Shown piece by piece: positions 1 to 12,399 of a DNA stretch of 64,000 nucleotides. The stretch spans positions 158,536,852 through 158,600,851 of the forward strand of contig NC_133620.1 in the NCBI RefSeq assembly GCF_048593235.1, written 5' to 3'. The stretch is from Sminthopsis crassicaudata (taxonomy: Eukaryota). The position numbers and the translations under genes are program-made. The notes beneath the pieces were generated by a model. It was not told the origin of the DNA, did not search any database, and saw only the letters and a program-made list of their open reading frames with translations. The number at the start of each line of letters is the position of its first letter. The stretch's first letter is position 1.

Positions 1-80
1 AACAAAAATTATTGAATTTGTATGTCTGATGCATTTCTGGTTATACCAAGATATATAAATTGATTTCTGCCTTTAAGAAA

Positions 81-660
81 CATATGCCTTGCCCATCAAT
101 TGGGGAATGTCTGAATAATTATGGTATATGAATATAATGGAATATTATTGTTCTAAGAAGTGATTAAACAGAGTAATTTCAAAAAAGCCTTGAAAGACTT
201 ATATGAATTGATGCTGAATGAAGTGAGCAGAACCAGTACAAAATTGTACACAGTAACAAGAAGATTGTGTGATAATCAAATATAATAGACTTAGCTCTTC
301 TCAGCAATGAAGTAATTCAAGACAATTCCAGTAGGCTTGGAATGGAAAATGCCATCCACATCCCCAGGGAGAACTATGGAGATTGAATGGAAATCAAAGC
401 ATATTATTTTCACTTTTTTTTGGTTTACTTTTTTTTCCCTCATGTTTTTTTTTTCCCCTTTTGTTTTGATTTTTATTTTATAACATGATAAATATGGAAA
501 TATGTTTAAAATGATTGCATATGTATAACCTATGGGGAGAGTGGAGGTAAAGGAGAGAGGGAGAAAAAATTTGGAATGCAAAATCTTATAAAAATGAATG
601 TTGAAAACTTTTTACATATAAGTGGAAAAATAAAATACTATCAAAAATAAAGAATAAAAT
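81..660 (+). mobile_element. 5'-truncated marsupial LINE-1 (ORF2 end and 3'UTR)
   Basis: Motifs gcccatcaattggggaatg, gatgctgaatgaagtgagcagaacc and gactttagctcttctcagcaat-like sequence, with an A-rich tail. Confidence 0.85.
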
Positions 661-1113
661 ATACATCCTTGTAGGTGAGAAATTAATACATAAATATGAT
701 ATAAAATAATATGAGAGAGACTACATAGATGATACAAAATATTGTAGGAAATAAGAAGACAGAGATTACTTTTGGCTGAAGTAACAAGAACTTGCATTTC
801 TTTAGTCTGGAAAACTACTTTCATCACAACATAAATTATTACCTCAAAACTGAAGCTCAGAGAAAGAAATTAAGGGACTTCTTACTCTGTCAGTCAGATG
901 ATAAATGGTCAAGAAAGACTTCCTAGTGGATGTAACATTTGAGCTGGCCTTCAAGGACTGATATAGGACTTAGCTATCGTATTTTGTAAAAAGGAATAAT
1001 TTTTCACAGGATCAGACTGATAAAAGGCTAGGAAGAATAATGATAAGAATGAATAAAGGGGCATATGCTTAATTTCAACCAAGACTTTACAGAATAATTA
1101 AGACTTCAAAGGT

Positions 1114-1273
1114 GGGGCAGCTAGTTGGTGAAGTGGATAGAGCACCAGCCCTGAAGTCAGGAAGACCTGGGTTCAAATTTAGCTTCAACTACTTAACACA
1201 TCTAACTGTGTGACCCTGGGCAAGTCACTTAACCCCAATCAATTGCCTCAGCAGGAAAAAAAAAAAAAAAAAA
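1114..1273 (+). mobile_element. WSINE1-type CORE-SINE with poly(A) tail
   Basis: ggggcagctag...gttcaaat...gtgaccctgggcaagtcacttaacccc...aattgcctc, then poly(A). Degenerate TSD aagact..aaagg. Confidence 0.9.
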
Positions 1274-3925
1274 GACTAAAGGGAAGGAAATTTCCCCTTT
1301 AATAATACTTATTTCCTTTGAAATAAAGAGATTATTTATGCCAGTATTTATCATAAAATCATAACTCTAGGACTGGAAGGGACCTCCAGTTTCCTCATTT
1401 CACAGTTGAAGAATCTAAGGCAAAAGTACATAAGAGACTTCCATAATCTAAAAGTAGGAATCAACAGATATGAGTTCTTTGTATTTCAGATGCAAAATTT
1501 TCTCTAGAAAGGGTTAAAAAAGTTCATTTCATGGAAAGTTAAACATGCTTTTTTTTTTTTTTTTTTTTTTTGGCTTTATGTAATGTATAAGATATTCTCA
1601 CAAAGATTTCTATTAAATTCACTTTATTACCCACATCAGGCAAGTCTTTAGCAATACAGAAACCTTTCAGTGTTCTATATTGCCTTTTCCCAGTGGTGCA
1701 TATGAGATGAACTTCACTTGCCTGCTCTTCCCCATATGTAGAAAATCTTAGTTATGATCAACCTATTATCTAGGCCCATAGTCATTTTTTACATGCATTA
1801 AGAACCCTGAATACCCATATTTATTAGATTCCCAAGCTTTGCTTGCCTTCTTATCTCCTCTTTCCTGTTTTATCTTCTTTTTCTTTCTTTCTTTTTTATA
1901 ATTTTTATTGGAACTAGGATCTAATGTTATTATTTGAAGGTCTTAACTTTCTAAATTGTAATCTGATCCTAAAGATGACTAAATTTGAACCTTTATGGTA
2001 TCTAAAAAGATGAGGAATTTTTTTTTTTAAAGAAGATTAGAGAAATTTAAAGATGAGAATTCCATGATCATTAAAGGAATGCTTTAACATCCCTGGTGAT
2101 CATGGGATTATTCTGGCAGAGGTCAGGGAAGAGTGCGCTTTCCTGAAAAATTATTTTTACCAGTGTTAGGAATACATTCCTATTTTGGATGGACTCATTA
2201 TGGCCCCTCTTATTTAAGGAAAAAACTCAACAGGGTTATATGCCAAAATTATTACAAAGATCTTTTGAAAAATAAAGATTGGAAGAGAAAAGCAAAATAT
2301 TTTGTGTTGCGTTGACTTACAGGAGAAGTAAAATTAGAGAAAGTTTAGGAATTGTTATCATTTAAATAATGAATTATAAGTATAATTTTTTTCATGACAG
2401 AATCTCAGAACTGTTTTTTTTTTTTAAATCTCATTTGCACAATTCATTATCAAACCACCCTCTCTGTCATCCAGAAAGAATTCAAATGAAGGCGAATATC
2501 AATATGGAGAAAAATAGCAAGCAGGGATTTTAGAGAAATTAGAGAAATTTACTGATGTTAATTTTATTATTAGATATATATCCTCATGGTATGATGGAAA
2601 GAAAGAGAACTTAGTCTCATACAGGTTTCTTGCAGTTGTCAGAGCCAAAACTTTTAACTTAGACACAATGACTGAAATTCCAGTGTTACCTCTACTTGTG
2701 ATATTGTTTCTCATTAAAAAGTGTGTGTTAAAGGGGTGGAGATACAAATTTATTTCTTTTTTTGTCTGGTCTAGTATTAATTCTCTATTGGCTTAATGCT
2801 TGAAAAAGTGCCTTTGTTTATTCACAATGATTTTTGGATTATTTACTTATGTCACATCTAGCAGACAATGCACTTAGTTTTTAATGAACAAAGACATGTT
2901 TTTAGAAACAAAGAGAGCTGTTGAAATGTGACAGAAGGGAATTTTCCTAGATTTACCCCAGAGTTGGAACAGGATACTTGGCTGTGTAATGTGATGAGTT
3001 TACAAGATTTCAAAAATCTGATAAGTCAAAAATTTGGTCAGTTGCCATAAACCTATACTTCTATTTAATCTTGAACTCAAGCATTATATTTCATTTGAAA
3101 CACTATGATTTAAAACAGGCATTGTGACATAGAAACTTAAACTTAAGCTGCATAAAGGACTCACTGTTTTGGAGCTTATCCCTATTATGAATTTTGTAGT
3201 TTGTGGTGGAATGGCACCTTTTAGAACATTAAGCCACAATTTTAAAATAACTTGACTTTTCAGAGTCTTTGTATATTTAAAAAAAAAAATTAAATTAAAA
3301 AAAAATCAACAACCCTAAGCTTCTTGAGGTTTTTACAATATAGGACCCTTATTCAGGATAAAAGTTTATAATATAACAGTTTTTTCAGCTAAATAACCTT
3401 TCACTTTCCTCCTTGCATTTATTTTCTTTAAAAATGTTTTAACATGAATAATAGAAAAGAATTTTAAAATTCTTAAAAACTCAAATTATGTTATTCCCCC
3501 CCAACTTGATCCTGATAATATCATACTTTCCCCCTGCCTCCCATATGCATGAAAATCATTAAGCAGTAAGTGAATTTCTATGACAACTTAACCAATCTCC
3601 TATTCCTTTCTCTAGTGAAACAAACAGAAATGCTTTTACATTTTACTCTCTATGCAAATGAAATATACACATAGCATTAAAATTAACTTTGGAATTTACA
3701 TGAACTCAAAATATCTGGAAATAGCAGGAACTTGAAAATTGCTATAAAATTGTTATAAAATATTTTATATAGAATTTTGGATTTAAATGTTCTGTGCTTT
3801 CAAATAAAAGTTGAAAGTAATGTTAACATTACATCTTATTCTCGAATATGCATAGTTGAATAAACAAAAGATTCTTTTAAATAATAACATTTCCCCCTTC
3901 TTCCTGTTCTCTCTACCTGATATAG

Positions 3926-4050
3926 AATGTGATAAACTGAGGAGAGATGGTTATCGAAGCTCTCAGTACTATTCTCAGGGACCGACCTTCTCTAAAGCCA
4001 GCTCAGCTTGTGACACCTATAAAGATGAAGATGAAGAAAGTAATCGAAAG
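3926..4050 (+). CDS. NHSL1: NHS-like protein 1, internal coding exon (first in window; phase 1 to 0)
   Basis: tag acceptor at 3923-3925, gtaaag donor at 4051. Encodes (E)CDKLRRDGYRSSQYYSQGPTFSKASSACDTYKDEDEESNRK, matching the recalled NHSL1 segment ECDKLR.DGYRSSQYYSQGPTF. Confidence 0.95.
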
Positions 4051-4622
4051 GTAAAGTCACAAATCAAATGAATGTTGAAAGGTTATTACATTAAATTTGA
4101 CTGTGCACTTGTAGGTATTTCCAAAACAGTCTAAAGTAGTCAATGTGAATTCAAATTCTTGCTCTGCTGTTTACAAAGTCTAACGTAAGCAAATTATTTC
4201 CTATCTCTGTGCCTTCATTTTTGATGGTTCTCTAATATCCTTTTTGCTTTTAAGTCTTGTGATTGTCATTCATATTCTTTATACTGATCAAGAATAAAGA
4301 CTAGACAACAGCCTAGATTAACAATATGTAGTCTAATTCTATTTTAAATTTGGGGTTTCCTTTCTTTGTAGTTTCCATTCTGTGATAATATCCTTGGGGT
4401 AATCATACTTATTAATTTTCAAGGTAAATAAAAATAAGTTTGCTTTTCTTTTTGTTAAGGCTGGAATGAAGATAAAGGTATAAAGGATTGTAGGAATGTT
4501 GCCAAAGTGTTTTATATTAAAGTAATATTGAATAACACACTAGTTATTCAAACAAAAGCTTCATTAGTTTTCTATAGTTTGTCACAGTTTAAAAATCAGT
4601 TTTAGGCTTTAAGGGACTATGA

Positions 4623-4657
<35 letters not shown>

Positions 4658-5812
4658 ACAGACATAGATATAAAAATGTTTGGGATGGGATCCCATTAAT
4701 GTCAGAAATGTAATATTTTTATACCTAAATAATTAAAATCAGAATTAAATATGCTTGTTAGTAACTTGTTTTTGTTTGTTTTTTAATACTGTTGTTAAAT
4801 ATTCAGTTTTTATAAGAGCTTTATATTGCTGATACTTCACTTTCCTTGAAGGATCTTCTTTGATCTTTATATTTTATAAGTGGATTGGATATAATAATAA
4901 CCAATAGTTTTAATTGGGCTGTATAATATATTAAAGACTTCATGTACCACAACCTAGATATTAAGGAAAACAGGATGATTTAATTTATAGACTGTACCCA
5001 AGAGCTGTGTTCATCTTTTCCAAGATTAGAAAACTTTGGAATTCAGTTCCATTGGTTTCTACCCCAGATTAATGGTCCACTGGACACCAACAGCACCTTT
5101 TAGAGAACTGCCTATATTTTAAAAATAAACACAGTTTCATGTTAAAGAGGAACATTAAAAGTTTAGGATAATTGTACATTTACTGATAGGATCAAGCTAG
5201 TAGATTCAATTGCTATAAGGTTCCTGTTCAAAAAAATCAACAAACATTTATTGCTTACTGTGTGCAAGGCAATAATCCTTGTTCTGAGAATACAAATACA
5301 AGCAAAAAGAAAAATTCCTGTTCCTGAAGGAAATTACAGTCTAATTATGGAAGGCAGTATAGGAAAAGGAGCTAAAAGTTGTAGGATGATGGAGAAGAGA
5401 ACTTGATGGCAAAGTTCAGATAGTCAGAAGTGGAACCAGGAGAAGACTAAAGGATGGCCTGTCTCAACCCTTCCTCAAAATCGAAGTTCTGGGAGGCTTG
5501 CAGCAAGAAGAGAGGGCCATTTTACCAATGGGAGATGAAGGGTTCTTCCTGGGTTAGTTAGCTTTTCTCTATTCTATAACCATAGATCCTTTAACCCCAA
5601 ATTGCTCACTTTTCATTATGAGCTATCACAAGAGAAACTGATGGAGGAAATATACAAAATCATCAGTAGTATAGGAACAACAAAGTACATGTGTTTCTGT
5701 AGTCAGAGATGCTAGTATTATTTTTATATATCAAAACCACCATATGCTCGTGTCCCTGTTGATCCTAGATGTTTCTTCATTAATAACTGTTCTATAGGAA
5801 TATAAGGCTTCA

Positions 5813-5945
5813 TAATATAATGGAAAGAACAGTTAGACTGGGAATCAAAAAAGCTGAATTCTAAGCTCAAACCTCTCCCTCTAATTAGCTTTGAATAAAT
5901 TGCTTAATCTCCCCAGGGCTTCAGTTTCTTCATCTATGATATGTA
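5813..5945 (+). mobile_element. MIR-family SINE fragment
   Basis: Degenerate CORE sequence ending in cttcagtttcttcatctat. Confidence 0.6.
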
Positions 5946-8048
5946 GTGGAAAGATCACTAATATTAGAATGCAATTGTAGGTTCTAATTCTACCTCTGAC
6001 TCTCAGGTATGTTATTCTGGACAAGCCTTGCTTCTTTCTAAACTTTAATTTAATAAACTTTCAAACATATAGATTGGAATTAGCTTAGAGGATATCTAGC
6101 CTAATTAATTATTATTATTATTATTATTATTTACAAATGAATAAATTGAGGCAAAAGCATTAATTGAATGTAGCTTCTCTGATTCCAAAGGTAGTGCTCT
6201 TTCCTTTGTATCATAATTCCCTTCTGGCTTCAGTGCCTATAATCTAATCGATTAGATGATCAAAAAGTCCCCTTTGGAAGAGTATTCTGAAGCAAAAGTT
6301 TTTCTTTCTTTCTCATTCCAGCACTTGCTACTCCATCACTAAAATCTTCAAGGGTTTCTAAGTTATCTTCTGTACTATGTTTTGTCATTTCTGTGTTTCT
6401 TTAACCATGAAGCTGACTAATGAGGCTCTCCATCTTCCTACTTTTTAAAAGTAACATTTGGCATGTTAAAATATTTTTAGTTGCTACTGAAATTCAGGGT
6501 GGTAATATTGTGATAAATGATGTGATTTTTAAAAAAAAGTTTTATGAAACACAATTATATTAAAATAACTTTGAAATTATTACATGAATGATTTTTATCA
6601 AAGCAAATTTTAGTTAAAAAAATAGAAAACCTGACCTTTTATAAGTATGTCTATACATTTTGTCATATTTCTTAAACTATTCACATGTTTCTTAAGACAA
6701 GCTCTTGCTTAATACTCAGATCAACTAAACACTAATTGCCTTAAATAATGCTATTAAAAGCTCAAGAATATTATTCTGATTTTTTTCATTAGTGTGTTGA
6801 CAAAAATAAAATTATAATTTTGAATAGATTTTATTATAATAAAATTAGCTTTTTTAAAATAGCATTTCAGTATAACTTTAAAACCATTTACTGCATAATA
6901 AATACTTTAAAAATGGCATTCAAACTATAATTTGGTACAAAGTAGATAGATGGGCAGATGGGAAACTGACAGCTTTGAATAATACTGATTAATGGAGCAC
7001 TTTTAACTGTCACTCCTATCTTAAAGCATAGTAAGATTTTACCCATTAGTAAAATTGCCTCATAAGCCTTTTAGCCTGCTACAGACTTGAAAATTTTTTC
7101 CCTAAAGTTTGAGCTCGTGGGGGAGGAAAATAGAAGAGTAGTGTGTTTGATTTTTTCAAAATACCACTTTAATTCTTCTGTCTCATGACTAGGTTGATTA
7201 TAAGGTGATTGATTTTGCAGCCCAGCATTTCTCAGAGATCACTTACTCAATTATAAAACAGTGTCATCTATTTCAGTGGAAGTAGTACTTCTCTAATGGT
7301 GAAATTAAGTACTGCTTAATTTCCCCCCACCCCTCCAAAAATAACAGAAGAACAGAAGATATGTTGATTATATCAGGAACTTTTTATTCATTTATTTCCC
7401 TTTTTTAGTTTCTTTAATACTCTGATACAAATTCTATTTGATTACATTAAAAATGCGATGGTTGACAATGCTTCACTAACATATGAAAAAATTGTGGGAA
7501 AATTTATCACTAGTATTCATGAAATATTAAAAGATTTAGGAAAAGTAATCTAGCTCATTTAATAAATAATTCCATTGAGGATTTGTTGGATCACACAGAT
7601 CAAGCTCATACTATTTGGGCATTATAGGTAATGGGATTATAGAGAAACTAAGCTAAAAACAATGATAACCATAGCAGACAATCTCAGAAGGAAAAGATTA
7701 GAACATTCTTTTCTTAGGTCCCACAAATTTCATGATCTTAATTAAAACATATCAGATAATATCGTCATAAGAGTTATTGGATTTGAGATAAGATCACATT
7801 TACTACTATGTATATGGATTTAAGCTTTATAAGCTTTCCACCAGGAAAAGAAAATTGAGGCAATAACAACAAATTCCCACTTTACAAACAATTTGTGTTT
7901 TAAATCATAAAGAAATCATGACCCTGGTTTTCTGCATAATTACATCCTTTACATTGTGCTTTTTATATTTTGGTGTACATATGTGTATTGTATGTTCTTG
8001 TTGAATCTATTTCTCCTTATTCTTTCTTTTCTCTCCTTTCTCACTCAG

Positions 8049-8120
8049 CAGTCTAGTTTAGGCTGCCTCTTTGAGTGTTGTGTTAACGTCTGCAGTGACT
8101 TGGTCCCATGGAATTTCAAG
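8049..8120 (+). CDS. NHSL1: Candidate alternative (cassette) exon of NHSL1, 72 nt, QSSLGCLFECCVNVCSDLVPWNFK
   Basis: Long pyrimidine tract, AG-free from 7913 to 8046, CAGCAG acceptor, AAG|gtacct donor. No stop in phase 0, matching the flanking exons. The ECC...PW..K pattern resembles the recalled NHS alternative exon. Confidence 0.7.
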
Positions 8121-8304
8121 GTACCTGTCCACTTGCCCACCAGCTGTCATACATACAGCTTGATACCATTTTATTTACATCTTCCACCTTTTTTTCACTC
8201 ATAACTAATGAATTAATCATACTGTACTTTGCTATGGAATCTTGTAAGATTGCCAAATTAGGAATCAGTATTTGATGCTTTTAGTAATAAAGTACTAAAG
8301 CAAC

Positions 8305-8500
8305 ATGATATAATAGGTAAGGTCACAAACCCTAGATATTAGTCTCCAGTATGCTGCCTACTGGCTGTGACCATGGGCAAGTCACTTAACCCCCTTGCAA
8401 CTAAATGGTGAATAATACTTAGGTACTATGTGCCTCATAGGGTCATTGTGAAGAAAGTGCTAAATAAAACATAAATTGCTCTGTAAATATGAGCTTTTAG
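8305..8500 (+). mobile_element. MIR SINE
   Basis: ggctgtgaccatgggcaagtcacttaacc core. Confidence 0.7.
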
Positions 8501-8879
8501 TATTATTGGATATACATTGACCAGGATGTGCTAACAGAATACATTAGAATAACATCAGCATTAATATGGTAGAGTTCATATAGTATTTTCATTAGGAATG
8601 GCATTAAATGTCAAAGAAGGGGACACTAACAATAGGAAAGCTTAGTAAAGGCAAATAAAAGATTTTTAAAGAGAATCCCATAATATGAGAATGGATTTTA
8701 AACTCTCATCTACTATGTTGTTCATTAACAAACTAGAGAAATAAAAGTATTGTCTAATGTTGTTGAAAAATCATATAATTAGAAGGAAATCAAATAGGAT
8801 ATATCTGATTCACAAAATGGAACCATTGAATAAAGATGAGAATGACTACCTCCAGAGGTTTACAACTAAGAATAGACTT

Positions 8880-9810
8880 TGGTAGCTGGTTGATTAGCCT
8901 GCTATGTGCTAGATGTTATACCATATTCTGAAGATGCAAAGAAAGGCCAAAAACCCCAATCATTGCTCTCAAAGAGCTCAGGGGAAACAATATGCAAATA
9001 GTTATGCACAAACAAATGTAGGGATACAGGACACAGGATAACTTGGGACTAATCTCAGAGAGGTACTAAGAATAAGGATGAATAAGAAAGGCTTTTTGCA
9101 GAAAGTGAAACTTTAAAGGGAGTTAGAGAAGCTAGGAAATAGAGATGAGGATGGGGAGAATTATAGGCATGAGGTTGACCAATATAAACATTGAGTCTGG
9201 AGATTGTCATGTTCAAGTAAAAGGTTGAGTGCGTGAAGTGGAGTAAGTTTTAGGAAAACTGAAAAGATAGGAAGGGGTCAGGTTATGAAGGACTTTGAAA
9301 GCCAAGCAGATGATTTCATATTTGATGCCGAAATAATAGAGAACCACTAGAGTTTATTGAATTTGAGGATGAGATAATCAGATCTGCATTGGATGAAGAT
9401 CAATTTGACTGCTGAATGGGGGGAAACTAAGGCGGGGAGGCCAACCAGTAGATTATTCCAATAGTCCAGGTGTGAATGATGGAGACCTATCCCATGGTGG
9501 TAGCAATGTCAGAGAAGAAGAAAGGTAAAATTGAGATAAGGGGGGTGAGAGAGTGAAGAGTTGAGGATGATAGCTAGGCTGGAACTATAGGATGACTAGG
9601 AAGATGGTAGTATCTTTGATAGTAATAGGGAAGTTTAGAGTCAGGGGAAGAGGGTTTAAGATGAAAAATAATGACTTCAATTTTGGACATGTTGAGTTTA
9701 AGATGTGTATCAGACATCCAGTTCAAGATGTCTGAAAGGCAGTTAGAGATGTGAGACATGAGATCTGGAGAGAAGTTGTGGCTGGGCAAGTAAATCTGAG
9801 AGTATACTTA
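8880..9810 (-). mobile_element. LINE-2 remnant
   Basis: The minus-strand ORF 9574-9789 reads ISNCLSDILNWMSDTHLKLNMSKIEVIIF, typical of the L2/CR1 reverse transcriptase C-terminus. An L2 3' end motif lies near 8900. Confidence 0.85.
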
Positions 9811-10201
9811 TGCAAAGTATATTTAATGCATACAACAGAAAATGTTAAAACAATTTCCTATTTACATATACCATTACATTATACTACTTATATTTATAGC
9901 CCATTTTAGTTACAAAGCACTCAACATTCACTGTACCATTTGTTCCTTATAACAACATAGTGAGGTAGGTAGAGCATATATTTTTTATTGCTATTCTGTA
10001 AATGAGAAAGCTAAAGTTTAGAGTGGAAGAAGGGGTGTAATGTCAACTAGCCCAAGAGAATAGACAATTAAGTGACAGATTTGGAACTAAAGTCAAGTGA
10101 TCTAACACTGGCTTCTTTATCCTTCCCACCATAGCATAGCATAGCATAGCATAGTGTCTCCCATTTAAAAAATTCTCAGTAAGATAAATGATAGTATAGA
10201 T

Positions 10202-10376
10202 CAGGGATCAGCAAACTACAATCAGCATATGCCAGTCTGCTGCTGCTTTTGTAGCTAAGAATGGTTTTTCCATTTTAAATAAACTTTTATTTTATTTTTT
10301 AAAAATATAAAATGCAGTTTTAGCTCAGAGGATCATACAAAAATACGCTTTGGGCCAAATTGGCAGAGATGATCCT
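10202..10376. mobile_element. hAT-Charlie type MITE (MER58-like)
   Basis: Starts cagggatcagcaaact, contains agctaagaatggttttt, ends in a degenerate gggccaaattggc terminus. Confidence 0.6.
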
Positions 10377-11364
10377 TACTATACAGTAAAATCTAATAAT
10401 TGATTGCAAAATGTTACTGTAAGGTAACTGTAACGTTACTGTTAGGTTATGCTAAATTTTGCTGAAGCAATGAAGTGGCACAACATTTTAGAAAACCAGA
10501 ATTAAAATTAGGAAAACCTGAGTTCACATCATACTTGGTTTGATGATATTAGTGAAGTCATTTAAATTTTCTGAGTCTCAGTTTCCTCATCTGTAAAATG
10601 AAGGTAATAATAATACTAGCCCCACCAGCCCCAAATGATTACAGGGAAAGGAGCAAATGGAATAAAAGTAAAATATTTTGTAAATTTTAAAGTTTTATTT
10701 AATGCTAGTTAACTTTGCATAATTTCTCAGTATTTTTTGGTCTAAAATGGGTGGGGAGGAAGAGAAAGAAGAGAAATACATCATTATTTAAACATCTGGG
10801 TCTTGATCCATTCCACTCCCAGGAATTTTCATTACTCTTTGAAATTCTCAAGCCCATTTGTTAAATAACTGTTAGTCTGAATTACACAATACTCTATGAG
10901 CAAATATTCTTTGGAAATTTTATATAACAATTATTCCTTCTTATGTCCCAGACAGTATTCTGGGAATGTCTTATAGGAAGTAAAGAAGCTTTAAGCAAGA
11001 AATAATAATGGAAAATTTGTATAACAGCATTTTCATGAATGTTAATATTTTAGGAAGAAAGAAGGCATTCTGAAAATTTGCAAATTGATCATATTGGTTT
11101 ATATTATATTTATATTTCTTTTCCTTTGAAATTAATTTTTTCATTTAGACCCAGGGTGGTAATCTCTCAGGGTTTGAACGTAGATCCTTTATGACTCCAG
11201 TGGCTCCTCCTTGGTGCACTAAAATCTCAGATAAATATTCTGATCTTCTGAAGAAAGTGTATTGGAGGAGTACACATTTTACAGATATTTCTGCCATCTT
11301 AATCTAGGACGTCTTTAGAGAGTAGGTAGTCACATAGCAAGGGGCGGGGGGAGTTAGTAATATT

Positions 11365-11880
11365 TCTAAAGCACAGGGTGACTGTGTCACTCCCTACTCA
11401 ATAAATCCAATGCATTCTTAGTTACTTTGAGGGTGTATTACAAACTTCCTTTTTAGCATTGAAAGCCTTTCTCAGTCTGGCTTCAACCCATCTTTCCTGC
11501 ATTATTATACATTACCCCCCTTCACATACACGATGGTCCAGGAAAACTGACCTTTTTCCTGTTTCTCATGCAAAACATTCCTTCTCTCTTTCCCTTTCTT
11601 TGTACAAGGTGTTCTCCATGCCTGAAATATATTTTTCTTGTGATCTATTCTTCGTAGAATTATTTATTTCTTTGAAAGTTCAACTAATACACTTGTTATG
11701 TTACTGCCTCTGCCCCTAATCATCTGAACATATTTTTTATTTACTAATTTATTTACTATATGTTTTATCCCTCCTCATTTAAGGAGATGGGAACTGTTTG
11801 ATTTATGTCTTTGTGTCTCTAGTGCATAACACAGTACCTGGCACATAGTGGGTGCCTAATAAATGCTTGCTGAGTGGCTT
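11365..11880 (+). mobile_element. LINE-2 3' end
   Basis: Ends acagtacctggcacatagtgggtgcctaataaatgcttgctga, the typical L2 terminus. Confidence 0.8.
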
Positions 11881-12399
11881 GTTTTTCCTTTCCTTACTTC
11901 AGTCAACTGCAAAAATGCATGCTCCTGCTTACCTTCTTCCCTAAGCAAGATAATATGTTTCTCCCTCCTTTCTTTACAAGGACAGTAAGCAGTCTGATAT
12001 AAATTATACATATGCCAGAAGATAACTAATATTAATTAGTAATAACTGATTTATGCAGCACTTTAAATGTTTGCAGAAGACTTTATATCAACATTTAATT
12101 TGATTCCCATAATATTGTAATTCAGATAGTACAGTAGGTTTTATTTTCCCCATTTTTACAAAATGAAGAAACTGAGACTTAAAGATGTTAAGTGATTTGA
12201 CCACTGTCATACACTTTGTTAATTTCAAGGGGGAAATATGAAACTAAATTTCTCCTGTCTGTTTGTGGTATTCTATCAATCACAGGCTCTCCCTCCTATT
12301 CTTACTTTGAGAATAATTGTTACAAAGAAAAAGCAAACAAATGGCTGGGTAACAAACAAACAAACAAACAAACCCAAGTACATGTACCCAAGCACTTAA

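Noticed and set aside
1114-1200. tRNA-like A/B boxes
   Set aside because: Part of the SINE head, not a tRNA gene; no cloverleaf.
1-3925. Upstream NHSL1 exons encoding the WAVE-homology domain
   Set aside because: No matching coding sequence found; they must lie 5' of the window.
7279-7321. Two adjacent short inverted repeats (GAAGTAGTACTTC; AATTAAG-tactg-CTTAATT)
   Set aside because: Stems of 6-7 bp are expected by chance in AT-rich DNA and are too short for a pre-miRNA or snoRNA.
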